DNA of 64,000 nucleotides from Candidatus Binatia bacterium (lineage in GTDB: Bacteria; Desulfobacterota; Binatia; UBA9968; JAJDTQ01), in assembly GCA_963664535.1 (NCBI GenBank), contig OY761465.1, positions 3,565,178-3,629,177 on the forward strand, given 5' to 3'. Made by a program: the position numbers and the translations under genes. Each line of letters starts with the position of its first letter. Within the stretch, counting starts at the first letter, position 1. The notes under the pieces were generated by a model. That model saw nothing but the letters and a program-made list of their open reading frames with translations, was not told the DNA's origin and did not search any database. Of this stretch, positions 61,522 through 64,000 are shown piece by piece.

Positions 61522-62262
61522 ATGTCGAAGATCATCACTCGCGCACTGACGCAGGAGCAGGACGGGGTGCCCGGCTTCATCGCTTCGCCGGAGCGGTCGG
61601 CGCCGGGCCCGGCGCTCCTTATCGTCCATCACCACTACGGGGTCACGGGCCACATAAAGCACATGGCCTGCGAGTTCGCCGAGGCGGGCTACACCACCAT
61701 GGTGCCCGCCCTCTACGACATGCTGGGCTTCTCCGACTTCCACGACGTCCAGAAGAAGACCGCCGACGGGCGGTTCGTGGAGGTCATCGGCCAAGGCTGG
61801 CAATACCTCTGCGGACGCGACGACGTGGACGAGAAGCGGGTAGCGGTCATGGGTCTGTGCATGGGCGGACGCATCGGCATCCATTTCGTCGCCGCGACGC
61901 CCCAGGCCGCCGCGTTCCTGGGCTACTACCCCTCGGTGCGGGAAGAGGGGCCCAGCGAGCTCAGGCCGCGCCATCCCAACGAGGCCGCCCGGGAGATCCA
62001 CTGCCCGTCCATGATGCTGTTCGGAGGGCATGACCGGGTGGCGCCGGTGCCGGTGCAGGAGGAGCTTCGGGCGGCGTTCCTGGAAGGCACCCCGGACGTC
62101 GAGTGGCACTTCTTCCCGCCGGCCGGCCACGGCTTCGCCCTGGCAGACGGCGACGCCTACGATCCGGCGCTGGCGAGGCTCACATGGCCGCTGTCCATCA
62201 ACTTCCTGGACCGCGTGCTGGGAGCGGAAGCCGTGGCCGCGAAGATGCGCTCGGTCGCTTGA
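61522..62262 (+). CDS. dienelactone hydrolase family protein
   Basis: MSKIITRALTQEQDGVPGFIASP... GLCMGGR nucleophile elbow, with an aggaggg RBS. Confidence 0.8.
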   Translation: MSKIITRALTQEQDGVPGFIASPERSAPGPALLIVHHHYGVTGHIKHMACEFAEAGYTTMVPALYDMLGFSDFHDVQKKTADGRFVEVIGQGWQYLCGRDDVDEKRVAVMGLCMGGRIGIHFVAATPQAAAFLGYYPSVREEGPSELRPRHPNEAAREIHCPSMMLFGGHDRVAPVPVQEELRAAFLEGTPDVEWHFFPPAGHGFALADGDAYDPALARLTWPLSINFLDRVLGAEAVAAKMRSVA

Positions 62263-62486
62263 CGTTCCCACTCACTTCTCCGTCATCCCCACTCACCTCT
62301 CCGTCATTCCCACTTACCTCTCCGTCATTCCCACTTACCTCTCCGTCATTCCCACTTACTTTTCCGTCATTCCCGCGGAAGCGGGAATCCAGGAAGAGTG
62401 CGGCGGGTGAACAGACTCGTTACAGCGCCTCCCCACCCCTGGATTCCCGCTTCCGCGGGAATGACGGAGAAGTGAGCGGGAATGAC
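62261..62486. repeat. composite palindromic repeat: 5 tandem 21-bp units (CGTCATTCCCACTYACYTCTC), a REP unit, a 32-bp spacer, an inverted REP unit and an inverted 21-bp unit
   Basis: Units at 62261, 62281, 62302, 62323 and 62344. REP 62365-62400. Inverted REP 62433-62465. gagaagtgagcgggaatgacg at 62466-62486 is the reverse complement of the 21-mer. The array lies between convergent genes. Confidence 0.6.
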
Positions 62487-62613
62487 GATTCGAACGGTTC
62501 CTGCCTCATGAGTTTGACACAGCCTGGAAAGCGGGAACTTGCGGAGTGAGGGTGGAACCGGCCCGTTCCACCCGCGGCGGCCTTGGTGCGGGGACAATGA
62601 GAATGGGCGTCGC

Positions 62614-64000
62614 TCAGCCTCCCACCGGAGGCCTCCGCCGATACCACCCGGCCGCCTGCTCGTAGGCGTGGGCCGCGCGCAGCACCCGTTCCTCCCGGAA
62701 ACGCGGCCCCACCAGTTGGAGCCCGATGGGGAGCCCCCCGGCCGAGAACCCGCAGTTGACGCTCAGGGCCGGCAGCCCGGTGAGGTTGAACGGCGTGGTG
62801 AAGAGCGAACGGAAGTTCACGCCCGGGCTTTCCAGCCGGATCTCCTCTCCGTCCACCAGCATGACCGCCCGCTCCGATTCCTCGATGGTGGGCGCCGGCA
62901 CCGCCGCCGTGGGCGCGGCGATGAGGTCCACCTGCTCGAATACTTCGTCGAACTCCCGGCATAGCAGACGCCGGATGCGCTGAGCGGTGACGTAGGCGTC
63001 GGCGGGGATCAGCATCGCGCCGATGTTCTGGCGCAGCAGCCGCGGACTGTAGTCCCGAGGCCTGGCCGTGAGGTAGGGCAGGTTCTCCACCACGTTCTCC
63101 GGCCGCGTGATGCAGGGCCAAGCCACCCGCGTCGCGTCCAGGTGCGGAACCTCCACTTCCGCCAGCTCGGCCCCCAGGGACTCGAGCTGGCCCTGCGCCT
63201 CCACGAACGCCTCCCGGACCGCCCGTGTCATGTACCGGTCGAAGTAGTCCTTGACGATCCCCACCCGGAGGCCGTCGATACCCCTGTCCAGGCCGTCCTC
63301 GTAGTCCGGCACCGACTTGTCCGCGCTGTTGGGGTCCTTCGGATCCTGGCCTGCGATGGCCTGCAGGATCAACGCGCAGTCCCGCACCGTCTTGCTGAAC
63401 GCCCCCACGTGGTTGGTGCTGAAGCCGCCGTCGCCGGGCACGTGGCCGAACCGGCTGACGCGCCCGTAGGTGGGTTTGAGCCCCACGATGCCGCACAGGG
63501 AAGCCGGGTTTCGCACCGAGCCGCCATTGTCCGTGCCCAAGGAGCCCAGTCCCAGGCTCGCGGCCACTCCCGCCGCCGACCCGCCGCTGGACCCCCCGGC
63601 GATGCGCTCCGTGTCCCAGGGGTTGCGGGTGGTGCCGTAGAACGGGTTGATGGTGGTGCCGCCGTTGGCCCACTCGTGCATGTTGGTCTTGCCCAGGATC
63701 ACCGCCCCCGCCTCCCTCAGCCGCGCCACCACCGTGGCGTCGTAATCCGGGACGCACTCCTCCAGTACCTTGGACCCCGCCGTCGTGCGGATTCCCTTCG
63801 TGGCGATGTTGTCCTTGATGGACAGGGGGATGCCGTGCAGCGGCCCGCGATACCTGCCGTCGCGTATCTCCGCCTCCGCCGCACGGGCGTCCGCCAGCGC
63901 CTCGTCCCGTGATACCGTTACGTAGGCCACCAACTGGGGATTGAGTCGCTCGATCCGCGCCAGCATGAGCTCGGTCAGTTCTACCGGGGACAGCTCCTTG
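62614..64000 (-). CDS. amidase (amidase-signature family, GatA-like); 5' end beyond the window
   Basis: The GGSSGGSAAGVAASLG...GTDNGGSVRNPA amidase signature. In-frame sequence continues upstream of the listed Met to the window edge (KELSPVELTELMLARIERLNP). Confidence 0.85.
   Translation of the reverse strand, partial: KELSPVELTELMLARIERLNPQLVAYVTVSRDEALADARAAEAEIRDGRYRGPLHGIPLSIKDNIATKGIRTTAGSKVLEECVPDYDATVVARLREAGAVILGKTNMHEWANGGTTINPFYGTTRNPWDTERIAGGSSGGSAAGVAASLGLGSLGTDNGGSVRNPASLCGIVGLKPTYGRVSRFGHVPGDGGFSTNHVGAFSKTVRDCALILQAIAGQDPKDPNSADKSVPDYEDGLDRGIDGLRVGIVKDYFDRYMTRAVREAFVEAQGQLESLGAELAEVEVPHLDATRVAWPCITRPENVVENLPYLTARPRDYSPRLLRQNIGAMLIPADAYVTAQRIRRLLCREFDEVFEQVDLIAAPTAAVPAPTIEESERAVMLVDGEEIRLESPGVNFRSLFTTPFNLTGLPALSVNCGFSAGGLPIGLQLVGPRFREERVLRAAHAYEQAAGWYRRRPPVGG

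Noticed and set aside
62030-62549. ORFs 62030-62410 and 62103-62549 encoding SVIPTYL heptad and PLDSRFRGNDG peptides
   Set aside because: They are translations of the tandem 21-mer and REP hairpins. Identical peptide artefacts arise at the other REP sites (36200-36415, 45987-46169).

Overview
The window is high-GC (about 68-70%) bacterial chromosomal DNA with dense operons and many spurious antisense ORFs in the six-frame track. Content from start to end:

(1) An aromatic-acid-type catabolic cluster: UbiD-family decarboxylase (partial), two tandem paralogous OFA-like MFS transporters, an F420/LLM oxidoreductase and a divergent TPP enzyme.

(2) A housekeeping block: SirB1-like, B12-radical-SAM, ftsE-ftsX-envC-ctpA, xseA-xseB, tlyA, rpsU-cvpA-dnaG-rpoD and tRNA-Met(CAT).

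(3) Downstream of the tRNA: an hsdR C-terminal remnant, a NicX/M29-like gene, an amidohydrolase remnant, an intact amidohydrolase and a PhnD-like protein.

(4) A contiguous 11-kb urea supercluster on the minus strand: urtABCDE then ureDABCEFG. ureE is hidden inside a long spurious ORF. A sigma-54 promoter lies ahead of urtA. Three copies or footprints of a CTAGTGT-terminated MITE sit in ure intergenic spaces.

(5) A REP-pair, MFS-TAXI-amidohydrolase, SDR, CoA-binding, rhomboid and DMT genes, and a rhodanese whose catalytic Cys codon is TGA (candidate selenoprotein or pseudogene).

(6) An ISNCY-like IS, then an amidohydrolase-LLM-MFS operon.

(7) An 8-kb lower-GC (about 55%) island. It carries an OYE reductase, an HTH-antitoxin/PIN-toxin pair plus an overlapping unknown gene, a 735-bp non-coding gap, and a 1355-aa protein with an N-terminal HigA/XRE HTH fused to about 1250 aa of unrecognisable sequence. 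This is the best candidate for an undescribed, probably defence-related, system.

(8) hyuA-hyuB, a dienelactone hydrolase, a 21-bp tandem array embedded in a large REP palindrome, and a partial amidase.
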